Made by a program: the position numbers and the translations under genes
Shown here: piece by piece, positions 32,694-40,861 of the stretch
Layout of the letters: each line of letters begins with the position of its first letter
How positions within the stretch are numbered: position 1 is the stretch's first letter
DNA from: an uncultured Chloroflexia bacterium
GTDB lineage: Bacteria > Chloroflexota > Limnocylindria > Limnocylindrales > CSP1-4
Direction: 5' to 3'
DNA length: 64,000 bases
Assembly (NCBI GenBank): GCA_963762445.1
Contig: CAVXLA010000007.1
Span: forward strand, 72,546-136,545
The notes under the pieces: generated by a model
The model's input: only the letters and a program-made list of their open reading frames with translations
Database searches by the model: none
Told to the model about the DNA's origin: nothing

Positions 32694-33943
32694 GGCTGGG
32701 GGCTCCCGGACGGCGCCACGGAAGGCGCCGGGCTGGCGGGGGCCGTCGATGGCGCCGGGCTGGCGGCCGGCGACGCTGCCGGAGAGCCGGCCGGGCCGGG
32801 CGAGGCCGAGGCCAAGCCGGCGATCGCCGTCAGGTGGGCCTGCACCGTCTTGGCCAGCTGGCTCCCCGGATCCAGCTCGATGACCCGGTTCCAGTGGAGC
32901 TCGACGGCCGCCAGGTCGGGCGGCTGGCGGTTGAAGTAGAGGAAGCCGAGGTCATAGTGCGCCTCGACGCTCGCCTCGTCGATGTCGAGCGCCTTCCGCC
33001 AGGCGACCTCGGCCGCGTCCTGGTCGCCGTTGTTGAAGGCGGTGGCGCCCAGGGCCAGGAAGCCGCGCGCCTTCCCGGGCTCCAGCGTGGTGACCTTGGT
33101 GAACCAGTCGCCGGCCGTGGTGAAGTCGCCGATCCGGTAGTACTCGTCGCCGAGCGCCATCAGCGAGTCGGCGTCCTTGGGGTTCGCCTGGATCTTGCCC
33201 ATCAGAGTGGCGACCTTCGCCTGGTCGAGCACCGCGGCGCTGGGCGCCGCGGTGGCTGCCGGGCTGGCGCCGGCGCCGATGCCGCCCCCGCCGCTGCCGC
33301 CGAAGCCGTAGCCGACGACGGCGACGATCCCGATGGCGGCGACCGTCGCGCCGACCAGGGCAAGGTTGCGGAAGGCCTTCGAGGCGAGAAGCTCACCGAG
33401 GGCGCTGCTGCGCGGGGCGCTCACCGGCCGCACGGCCGCGAGGGCGGCCGCCCGCTGGGCGGCGGTTCCGACGATCTCGCGGCGGGCGGACGGATCCACC
33501 TCGGCGAGCAGGGCGTCGATCTCGTCGTCGCTGACGATCCGGCGCCCGTTCTCGTCGTAGCGCGGCAGTGGTGGGGCCGGAGCTGCCGTCGCGGCGGGGG
33601 GAACCGCGACGGCAGCCGGCGCAGGGGAATCCCGGTGGGCCGGAGGTGTCGCCGACCCACCGGGAAGGACGGCCGACCGTGCGCCCGCCCCGACGAGGGC
33701 GACGGCGCGAGCGAGCGCGGCCGGGTCCGTGAGAAGTGCGTACGCCTCGTCGGCTCCGGCAGCCTGGGTCCGGGCCCAGGAGCGGAGGCCGCGCGGCGCC
33801 GCGGCGAGGTACGCGGAGACCGCCTCGTGGGCGGCCCCCAGGTCCTCGGGGGTGGCGGACGGGTCGAGGCCGAGACGGGCCAGGAGCTCGCGCTCCAGCT
33901 TCTCGGCGGGCGTCGCCCTGGGGGTGGCGGGCGACGCGCTCAT
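32690..33943 (-). CDS. Membrane-anchored TPR-repeat protein, coupled to ccdA
   Basis: ATG 33943 follows a GGGAG RBS, and the stop overlaps the ccdA start (ATGA at 32690-32693). Contains a central TM helix (NLALVGATVAAIGIVAVVGYGF), C-terminal TPR repeats (LMALGDEYYRIGDFTTAGDWFTKV...) and an Ala/Pro/Ser-rich tail. Confidence 0.65.
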   Translation of the reverse strand: MSASPATPRATPAEKLERELLARLGLDPSATPEDLGAAHEAVSAYLAAAPRGLRSWARTQAAGADEAYALLTDPAALARAVALVGAGARSAVLPGGSATPPAHRDSPAPAAVAVPPAATAAPAPPLPRYDENGRRIVSDDEIDALLAEVDPSARREIVGTAAQRAAALAAVRPVSAPRSSALGELLASKAFRNLALVGATVAAIGIVAVVGYGFGGSGGGGIGAGASPAATAAPSAAVLDQAKVATLMGKIQANPKDADSLMALGDEYYRIGDFTTAGDWFTKVTTLEPGKARGFLALGATAFNNGDQDAAEVAWRKALDIDEASVEAHYDLGFLYFNRQPPDLAAVELHWNRVIELDPGSQLAKTVQAHLTAIAGLASASPGPAGSPAASPAASPAPSTAPASPAPSVAPSGSPQP

Positions 33944-34100
33944 CGCGTCGCTCCCGCCGGGCGCGCCCACCGGGCGCGCGCTCGTGCTGCGTCCATTGCC
34001 GGTTGCCCTCGTTGCGCACCGGGTCCATGCCCGGTCCCTTGACACCTGCGGCCAATTGTCCGGGTCGCGGGCCGGTGATCCCATCTGCCGGGGGACACAA

Positions 34101-34116
34101 ATGCGCGCGCGCGCAT
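34101..34116. promoter_or_regulatory. Perfect 16-bp palindrome ATGCGCGCGCGCGCAT (alternating CG core)
   Basis: Read directly. It lies in the 309-bp gap between the octahaem gene stop (34253) and the TPR gene start (33943). Confidence 0.3.
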
Positions 34117-34252
34117 AGGTTCGGCCGATAGGGGGAGCTTTCAGGCGGTGTACCGATCGATACAGGGGGCGCCGGGCGGGCAGCCGCCCTGGGGCGGCCT
34201 GGATCATGGCCCGAGGCGACCTCGGGCGGCGGCGTCCCCCGTGCCGCCTCGC

Positions 34253-37027
34253 TCAGTAGGTCTCGCCGTCGTGAGGCCAGCCGTGGCAGATGAGCGTGCA
34301 GCTGCCGCCGGTCGCCGTCTTCGTGAACTTGATCACGCCGTTCGCGTCGGGATACGGCTCGACATTCGGCGCGAAGTTGACGAGCCCGGTGTTGGCGCGA
34401 TCCCCGGCGTTGAACGCCTGCGCCGTGGAGTGCGTGCGGAAGTGGCACTCAGCGCAGATGGCGTTGCCGCCGCCTTCCCCTGGCGAGTCGATGCTCGTGC
34501 CGCGGGGGCCGTCGCCGGCGATCGTCGACACGTGGAGATCGTGGTCGTCGAAGACCGTCATGATGGCCGTGCCGCTGCGGAAGGGGGCCTCCGCGTGGCA
34601 GACGTAGCAGAGCGCGAAGTCGGCCCCGTCGTACGCCTCGTCCCACGACTTCAGGACCCGGTCGCGGTAGTTCTGGATCAGGAGTCCGCGGTACTGGCTC
34701 GTGTGCGGCGCCAGGTCGTCGCCGGCGGCGGTCGGGCTCGTCCCGGCCGTGGGCAGGGTCGCGTTGTACTTCCGCGGATCGCCGTGGCAGTTGACGCAAC
34801 GCACGGTGCTGGCGGTCGTGAAGTTCCACTGCTTGTACGGCGAGCTGTTGTTCAGGCTCCAGGTCATCTGGTCCGAGTCGTTCGTGCCCCGCGCCTCAAC
34901 CGGGTGGTACGACGCGTTGGCCGGGTTCAGCTCGATCGCCTTGTCGAGCGCCCACGTCGATGGGAACGTAAGGTCGGGTGCCGGGAGCGTCGTGAACCCG
35001 GAGTGGCACTTCAAGCAGACCTCGTACTCCCGATCCGGCTGGGACCCGGCCGCGCCGCTGAGGAACGTGTAGGTCGGCGGCTCGCCGGGCAGGCCGTTCG
35101 CGACGGAGACGCCCGAGATCGCAACCTGCCGTCCCGAAACCGACCAGCCGTCGGTGAACTGGGTGGGCGGCGTGGCCGTCGCGTTGTGCGTGTTGTGGCA
35201 GTCCGCGCACTCGGCGTGCCGGTTCAGGGCGCCCCCGAACTCGTTGTCCTTCGCGAGCGTGTGGGCGATCGGCGCCGACGTGCTGAGCGCGTCGTGGCGG
35301 TAGTAGGCGCTCGGCACCGTGCCCGGGGTCCCGGCGCTGTTGTCGGGCACCGCCGGGTCCGTGTACTGCGCCGTCGTGACCAGGTTCGAGCCCGTGCCGT
35401 CGTGACAGGTGAAGCACATGTTCGCCAGGGGTGCCGGCCTGGCGACCAGGCCGGTGTTCTCGGCGACGTGCGACCGGTGGCAGACGGCGCAGGTGTCCGA
35501 CACCAGGGTCATGTCCGGCACGTGGAGCGACGTGAACGGGGCCGCGAGCTGGTAGCGGGTCGCGGGCGCGGTCTGGGTCGCGACCGCCAGGCGGTAGGTT
35601 GGCGTCCCGCTCGCGAGCCATGTCGTCGCCATGAGGGCGGGCGTCACCAGCGGGAAGTCGACCCCGCTCACCGCCGACGGCCGCGCGTCCACCGGGGGAC
35701 CGACCGGGATGCCGTCGCGCTGGCCCGGCGACGCAGCGAATGCCGTCCGCGATGCGCTCCAGACCTGGCCGAGCGCCGCGCCGTGGATCGGCCGGGCACC
35801 GTCGACGAGCCTGAAGTCGAAGGCCTGCCCCAGCGGGAGGGCGCGGGTGACTCTCACCGTGAACTCGACCTCGGTGAAGGAGTCGCCTGCCAGGACGAGG
35901 CCGGGAACGCGGGTCGAGCCCATGAAGCGCGCGCCGGCCGCGGGCTCCTGCGTGTCGAAGTCGCGGTCGTGGACCCGGATGGCGCTCGTCGGGATCTCCT
36001 CCGAGAGGGGACCGGGGAGGGTGCCGCGGCCGCCCGCCATCGGGCGCCACTCCACGCCGACGTAGAACGGGACCTCGATCTCGCGGCGCCCGAGGGGGAC
36101 GTCGGCATAGGCCGGCTCGCCGCCGAGGCGGAACTGGAGGCGGGGGGTGACCTCGACGGGCACCGTGTCGGCGTTGCGCAATTGGAAGCCGATCCGGAAG
36201 GTGTCGTAGCGATCGACGCCGAGCAGGGGCTCGTCGGCGGCGAGGTAGTCCACCTGGTGGCTGACGCCGCCGATACGAGCCAGCGTGACGTGTTCCACGA
36301 TGATGTCGGGCGCCACGCGCAACCCCAGGGACGCGGCGTCGAGCAGCCCACCGGCGTGCTCCAGCCGGGCCTCGAGGATCGCGTCGAAGGCGGGCCGGTT
36401 CTCCGGCGACCGGGCCGGAGCCCGCAGGCGCACCGTCTCAGTCACGCGGTCGCCGGCGGCGAGGATGCCCTCCATCCAGGTGATGGTCCCGTTGTCCGGG
36501 TCGACGGTCCCGCCGCCGGTGCCGACCGGGCTCCAGCCAGGCGGCACGATCGCGATCAGCCGCACGTCCTTGGCGCGGTCGAGCACCCGGGCCGTCAGGC
36601 CGACGGTGACGATGGATCCTGGATCGACACGGCGACGCCCGGCGGCCGGTGCGTCAGCCGACACGCTCAGGGTCCCGCGAACGACCGTTGGCGTCGGAGT
36701 GGGGCTCGGGCTGGGCGTCGGGCTCGGCGTGGGCGAGGGATCGGGCGTCGGCGTTGGCGAGGGATCGGGCGTCGGCGTTGGCGAGGGATCGGGCGTCGGC
36801 GTTGGCGAGGGATCGGGCGTCGGCGTTGGCGAGGGATCGGGCGTCGGCGTTGGCGAGGGATCGGGCGTCGGCGTTGGCGTCGGATCGACGGCCGGAGCGG
36901 GCGTGGGATCGACGGCGCCGACCGACGGGACGACCGGCGTAAAGGCGAGGACCGCCACGACCGCCACCAGCACGGCCCCGAAGACAGGACCGGCGCGGTG
37001 TTGAGCGGTCTGACGCTTGGTGATCAT
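34253..37027 (-). CDS. Large modular secreted/anchored multihaem c-type cytochrome (7 CxxCH + 1 CxxxCH)
   Basis: GGAGGA RBS and an N-terminal hydrophobic anchor/signal. (DPSPTPTP)n linker, then a non-haem region of about 450 aa. The C-terminal haem domain carries CAVCH, CFTCH, CADCH, CLKCH, CVNCH, CYVCH, CAECH and a terminal CTLICH. Confidence 0.8.
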   Translation of the reverse strand: MITKRQTAQHRAGPVFGAVLVAVVAVLAFTPVVPSVGAVDPTPAPAVDPTPTPTPDPSPTPTPDPSPTPTPDPSPTPTPDPSPTPTPDPSPTPTPDPSPTPSPTPSPSPTPTPTVVRGTLSVSADAPAAGRRRVDPGSIVTVGLTARVLDRAKDVRLIAIVPPGWSPVGTGGGTVDPDNGTITWMEGILAAGDRVTETVRLRAPARSPENRPAFDAILEARLEHAGGLLDAASLGLRVAPDIIVEHVTLARIGGVSHQVDYLAADEPLLGVDRYDTFRIGFQLRNADTVPVEVTPRLQFRLGGEPAYADVPLGRREIEVPFYVGVEWRPMAGGRGTLPGPLSEEIPTSAIRVHDRDFDTQEPAAGARFMGSTRVPGLVLAGDSFTEVEFTVRVTRALPLGQAFDFRLVDGARPIHGAALGQVWSASRTAFAASPGQRDGIPVGPPVDARPSAVSGVDFPLVTPALMATTWLASGTPTYRLAVATQTAPATRYQLAAPFTSLHVPDMTLVSDTCAVCHRSHVAENTGLVARPAPLANMCFTCHDGTGSNLVTTAQYTDPAVPDNSAGTPGTVPSAYYRHDALSTSAPIAHTLAKDNEFGGALNRHAECADCHNTHNATATPPTQFTDGWSVSGRQVAISGVSVANGLPGEPPTYTFLSGAAGSQPDREYEVCLKCHSGFTTLPAPDLTFPSTWALDKAIELNPANASYHPVEARGTNDSDQMTWSLNNSSPYKQWNFTTASTVRCVNCHGDPRKYNATLPTAGTSPTAAGDDLAPHTSQYRGLLIQNYRDRVLKSWDEAYDGADFALCYVCHAEAPFRSGTAIMTVFDDHDLHVSTIAGDGPRGTSIDSPGEGGGNAICAECHFRTHSTAQAFNAGDRANTGLVNFAPNVEPYPDANGVIKFTKTATGGSCTLICHGWPHDGETY
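36735..36878. repeat. Perfect 24-bp tandem repeat x6 (gagggatcgggcgtcggcgttggc) inside the octahaem gene
   Basis: Six identical units start at 36735, 36759, 36783, 36807, 36831 and 36855. They encode the (PSPTPTPD)6 linker on the minus strand. Confidence 0.95.
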
Positions 37028-37144
37028 GTTGCCTGAGTCCTCCGGGGCCCCGTGGTCGCGGAAGCGACCACGGGGTTGGGAGTAGGTCCTGGCGCAACCG
37101 GCGTGGAGGTCGGCTCGCGGTGGACCGCTGGACGTTGTCTTAGG

Positions 37145-38374
37145 TCAGGGAAGAATCGGGACGGGCACGGGGCCAGCAGCAGGCTCCCCCGAGTCCGTCG
37201 GGTCGTGGCACATCTGGCACGTTCCGCGGTTGTCGACCTTGAGGAGGCGGCTGTCGGTGCTGGCGGTGGTCGACACCGGGTCGAACACGCCGCCCACGAT
37301 GTTGTCGGGGAACGCCACGTGCTGGGAGTTGTACCCGGGCATCAGGGCATTCGAGCCGTGGGCCACGTGGCACGTGGTGCACGGCCTGCTGCTCGTGGTG
37401 TCGTGCCGGTACTTGTAGATGGCGTCGGTGGTTTCGTTGCCGAACCCACTCTGGTAATACCGCGTGTGGCATGTGCTGCACCACGCGGTGATCTGGGTCT
37501 TGAAGATCGTCTTGTCGGCATTGCCGATGGGATTGTCGTAGTCGTTCCGGCTCGCGGACGTCCACGGCACGCGCTGGTGCCAGTAGTCACCGGCGGAAGC
37601 GTTGCCGACGGCAGCGACGTCAGTTGCGAGGTAGATCTGGCCGCCGGAGGCATCGGTCTGGATGACGGTGTAGTTGCGCGTGGCCCCGTTGAGGTCCGCC
37701 GCCAGCGTCGGGCCGTCGGGGACGATCGCCGGGGCCGCCAAGGGCTCGGTGAGTCCCGGCGGCGGGTTCGGTTCCGGCCTCAGGATCCGGTAGTTGCCGT
37801 TCCCGTGCGGGTTATGGCACGACCCGCACGCGAGCGTCACGACCGGCCCGGGCTCGGGCGTCGTAGAGTCGGGCCCGTTGCCCCAGGCGCGTCCCGGGGT
37901 GGTCGCGAACGTGGCGCCCGCAAGCTTCAGGTGCGCCGAGGTCGTCGGCAGTCCCGAAGCCAGGGCAGGAACCTTGCGGTTCCCGGTGGCGCTCCGCCAC
38001 GCGTCCGACGAAGCGATACGGGCGAAGACGAAGCCGCCACCGCGGAGGGCGCCGATGACGGCGGTCCCTCTGATGGTGCCAGCGCTCGCATCGCCGGCGT
38101 CGAACTGGACGCCGTCCACGACGTTGGTCGTGGCGCCGGTCCCATTGGTGCCGTGGCAAACCAGGCACAGCGTCGCCTGGTCGGTGATGAGCTGGAATTC
38201 GGCCTGCGCGGTGTGGGCCCGATGGCAGCCGGCGCAACTGTCGGACGTGAGGCCCAGGGGGCCCGAGCCGTCGTTGTTCGCTGCCACGTGAGGTCCACCA
38301 TCCGCCAGGGCCGGAATCGCGGCAAGGAACAGCCAGAGCGCGGCTCCTGCGAGCAGGAGCGTCCATCGCCTCAC
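37145..38374 (-). CDS. Secreted hexahaem c-type cytochrome (paired-CXXCH type; OmcS-like by motif context)
   Basis: AAAGGAGGTGA RBS, then GTG 38374. Signal peptide ...FLAAIPALA|DGG. Six CxxCH motifs at aa 47, 70, 183, 299, 332 and 386 (CAGCH, CLVCH, CGSCH, CSTCH, CTTCH, CQMCH). At least 8 additional His are available as distal ligands. Confidence 0.8.
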   Translation of the reverse strand: MRRWTLLLAGAALWLFLAAIPALADGGPHVAANNDGSGPLGLTSDSCAGCHRAHTAQAEFQLITDQATLCLVCHGTNGTGATTNVVDGVQFDAGDASAGTIRGTAVIGALRGGGFVFARIASSDAWRSATGNRKVPALASGLPTTSAHLKLAGATFATTPGRAWGNGPDSTTPEPGPVVTLACGSCHNPHGNGNYRILRPEPNPPPGLTEPLAAPAIVPDGPTLAADLNGATRNYTVIQTDASGGQIYLATDVAAVGNASAGDYWHQRVPWTSASRNDYDNPIGNADKTIFKTQITAWCSTCHTRYYQSGFGNETTDAIYKYRHDTTSSRPCTTCHVAHGSNALMPGYNSQHVAFPDNIVGGVFDPVSTTASTDSRLLKVDNRGTCQMCHDPTDSGEPAAGPVPVPILP

Positions 38375-38482
38375 TGTCCTCACCTCCTTTCTCTGACTCT
38401 GCGGTGTCTCGACGAATGGGCCGCCACGATCGGCGGCGAGCATCGGTCCGGCGTCACCTCCCTCTTCGTGATCCCAGGAGCC

Positions 38483-39550
38483 TCAGTAGCTCCAGATCTG
38501 CACGCGGTCGTTGAACGTGTCAGCCACGTACACGCGTCCGCGCGCGTCGACCGCGACGCTGTTGGGGTACTCGAACCGCGCGTCCCCCACGCCCTCGCCG
38601 CCGATGTAGCCGAGGAAATCGAGGCGGCGGCTGTCGTCGGTAGGTGGGCGGTAGACGAAGACGCCCTGGCCGGTCGAGTCGGCGACGAACACCCGCCTGC
38701 TGCCGTCGACGGCCAGACCGCGCGGCAGTCCGAGGTTGCCCTGGCCGGCTCCGCGGCCGATCTGGGCATGGATCGTGCCATCGGCGCCGAACATGAGCAG
38801 GCGGCCGTTGTTGCTGTCGGACACATAGACGTTGCCGGCCCCGTCGACCGCGACCCCGTTCGGGAACGAGAGCTTGCTTGTCTCGCCGAGCGTCCGGACG
38901 ACCGTGGCCGTGCGGTCGATGACGAGGACCTTCTGGAAGGGGCCCGAGAGGTCCGTCACGTACAGGTTGCCCTTGGTGTCGAAGGTCAACCCCAGGGGCT
39001 GCCAGCCCGGCCGCGGCAGCGCGAGCGTGAGCTCGCGCTGGAAAGCCCCGTCGCGGTCGTAGATGTAGATCGCCCCGGCCAGGCGGTCGCTGACGTAGAC
39101 CTCGCTCGTGAGGGGGTCAATCGCCAGGTAGACAGGCGCGTGGTCGGTCCCGGTCGCCTCTGGCGGCGCCATCGTGCCGACCTTGTTGCCGCCCGCATCG
39201 AAGACGATCCCGGTCCGATCGCCCGACGACTGGGCGACGTAGATGCGGTCGCCCGACGGGCTGACGGCCACGCCGGAGGGACGCAGGGCGCCGTAGATGG
39301 CCGTCGCGTAGGAGGGCACTTCCGTCTGCGGGATCCCCGGGAGGGGCAGAGGGGGTATCGGCTGGCGGAACAGCAGATACCAGGTGGCAATCGTCGCCAG
39401 CATTGCCAGGAGGCCCAGGAGGAGGAGCGCGACGATCGCCTTGCGGCGCCGCCGGGGCTGCGCCTCGGGCTCGCCCTCGACGGCCGGCGGGCTGGGGGTG
39501 TCGTCGGCGGCCGGGACCGGGAGGCCGTCGGTGGTCATCTCGGCGGTCAT
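38483..39550 (-). CDS. Membrane-anchored NHL-repeat beta-propeller protein
   Basis: TM helix (IVALLLLGLLAMLATIATWYLLF) followed by repeated NHL-type blades (P.GVAV...G.IYV.D..N.RI..F). Examples are PSGVAVSPSGDRIYVA, PLGLTFDTKGNLYVTD, PNGVAVDGAGNVYVSDSNNGRLLMF, PRGLAVDGSRRVFVADS and PNSVAVDARGRVYVADTFNDRVQIW. TGATG overlap with the upstream TPR gene. Confidence 0.85.
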   Translation of the reverse strand: MTAEMTTDGLPVPAADDTPSPPAVEGEPEAQPRRRRKAIVALLLLGLLAMLATIATWYLLFRQPIPPLPLPGIPQTEVPSYATAIYGALRPSGVAVSPSGDRIYVAQSSGDRTGIVFDAGGNKVGTMAPPEATGTDHAPVYLAIDPLTSEVYVSDRLAGAIYIYDRDGAFQRELTLALPRPGWQPLGLTFDTKGNLYVTDLSGPFQKVLVIDRTATVVRTLGETSKLSFPNGVAVDGAGNVYVSDSNNGRLLMFGADGTIHAQIGRGAGQGNLGLPRGLAVDGSRRVFVADSTGQGVFVYRPPTDDSRRLDFLGYIGGEGVGDARFEYPNSVAVDARGRVYVADTFNDRVQIWSY

Positions 39551-40536
39551 CAGCCGTTCCCTCCGGCCGGCGCGCCGGGCGTCGGCAGAGCGGGCAGCGA
39601 GGTCGCGCCGGGGCCGACGCGGCTCATCCCGAGACGTGCGGCGGCGTTCTGCGGGTCCTTGGCGAGCGCCTTGCCATACCAGTCGGCTGCCGTCGCGGTG
39701 TCGCCCTTCGTCTCGTACAGGAGGCCGAGGCCGATCGCCGCGTCCAGCGCGGCGTCGCCGTCCACGATCGCGAGGAGGCGAGGCTCGGCGAGCTCGGGCT
39801 TCCCACCGTTCAGGTCGGCCATGGCGCCGGCCCATTCGGCCTCGGCCGTCTTGCCGGCCTTCGTGAAGCCCTCGGCGAGCGCCGTGTACGGCTCGCTCCA
39901 GCCGATCGGCACGAAGGCGATCGCGGACCGCAGGGCGGTTTCGGCCTTGCCGGTCTCGCCGGTCGCGACGTAGGCCGTCCCGATCAGGTAGAGGGCGTCC
40001 GCGTCCGAGCGCTGGATCGCGAGGGCCTTCTCAAGGAAGGGGATTGCCTCGGCCGGCTTTGCCTGCTGCATTGCGATCGAGCCGAGGCTGTAGTACGCCG
40101 CCTCGAGCGTGGGGTCGACGTTGGCCATCTCGCCGCCCTTGGCGATGTCGACGACCGCCTGGTAGTCCTTCGCCGCGTCGTCGAGTCGGCCGAGGCCCAT
40201 GTAGGCGGCGGCGCGCCCGAACGTGGCCAGCTCGGTCTCCTTGTTCGACTCGAGGATCAGGTTGTACTGGACGATCGCGTCCTCGAAACGGCCCTTGGCG
40301 ACGTACGTGTCGGCGAGCTCACCGCGCGAGGCGACGTCGTCCGGCGTGTCGCGCACGGCCTGCTCCAGCGCGGTGAGGCGCTGGTCGACGATCGGCGTGG
40401 TGGCCGGGCGCCAGCGATCGAGCGCGTAGAAGCCCACGAAGGCGATCGTTCCGACGACGAGGAGCAGCAGAACCCGCTTGATCAGCCGGTTGAGCTGCCG
40501 ATCGTCCATCTTGGTCGGGGACGTGACCCGGAACAT
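39550..40536 (-). CDS. Membrane-anchored TPR-repeat protein
   Basis: N-terminal TM helix (VLLLLVVGTIAFVGFYAL) followed by several TPR units (GELADTYVAKGRFEDAIVQYN..., AAYYSLGSIAMQQAKPAEAIPFLEKAL..., GLLYETKGDTATAADWYGKALAKDP). The start is ATG 40536 (AGGTG RBS) or GTG 40545. Confidence 0.8.
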   Translation of the reverse strand: MFRVTSPTKMDDRQLNRLIKRVLLLLVVGTIAFVGFYALDRWRPATTPIVDQRLTALEQAVRDTPDDVASRGELADTYVAKGRFEDAIVQYNLILESNKETELATFGRAAAYMGLGRLDDAAKDYQAVVDIAKGGEMANVDPTLEAAYYSLGSIAMQQAKPAEAIPFLEKALAIQRSDADALYLIGTAYVATGETGKAETALRSAIAFVPIGWSEPYTALAEGFTKAGKTAEAEWAGAMADLNGGKPELAEPRLLAIVDGDAALDAAIGLGLLYETKGDTATAADWYGKALAKDPQNAAARLGMSRVGPGATSLPALPTPGAPAGGNG

Positions 40537-40861
40537 GTGTGGCACCTGCTGTTACGACCTGTTAGCGACGCGTTGCAGCACGGGGCGCACCGGGAGGCAC
40601 ACCCCACCGCGGGTAATGGTCGGCTGCAGGGGCGCGCGAGCCAATCCGCCGGGGGGTAGAAGATGGATACAGGCCGGGAGTCGTGCCCGCGATCCGGGCA
40701 TGTATCGGGCGGATGATGGTGCGCAGACGCGCCGCCATGGTCGGGCCCACGGGCGCCGACGATCCTCGCGGAGCCGCTGGGTTCCCGTGCCGATATGCTC
40801 TCTGTCCGCGAGTCGGGAGGGTTCGCCGCCCGGCCCGGAGAAGCCGGAGGGGCGCCGCTCG

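Noticed and set aside
36735-36878. A regular 24-bp repeat array that could be mistaken for a CRISPR or minisatellite locus.
   Set aside because: The units are directly adjacent with no spacers. The array lies in frame inside a long coding region, where it encodes a Pro/Thr linker. No cas genes are present in the window.
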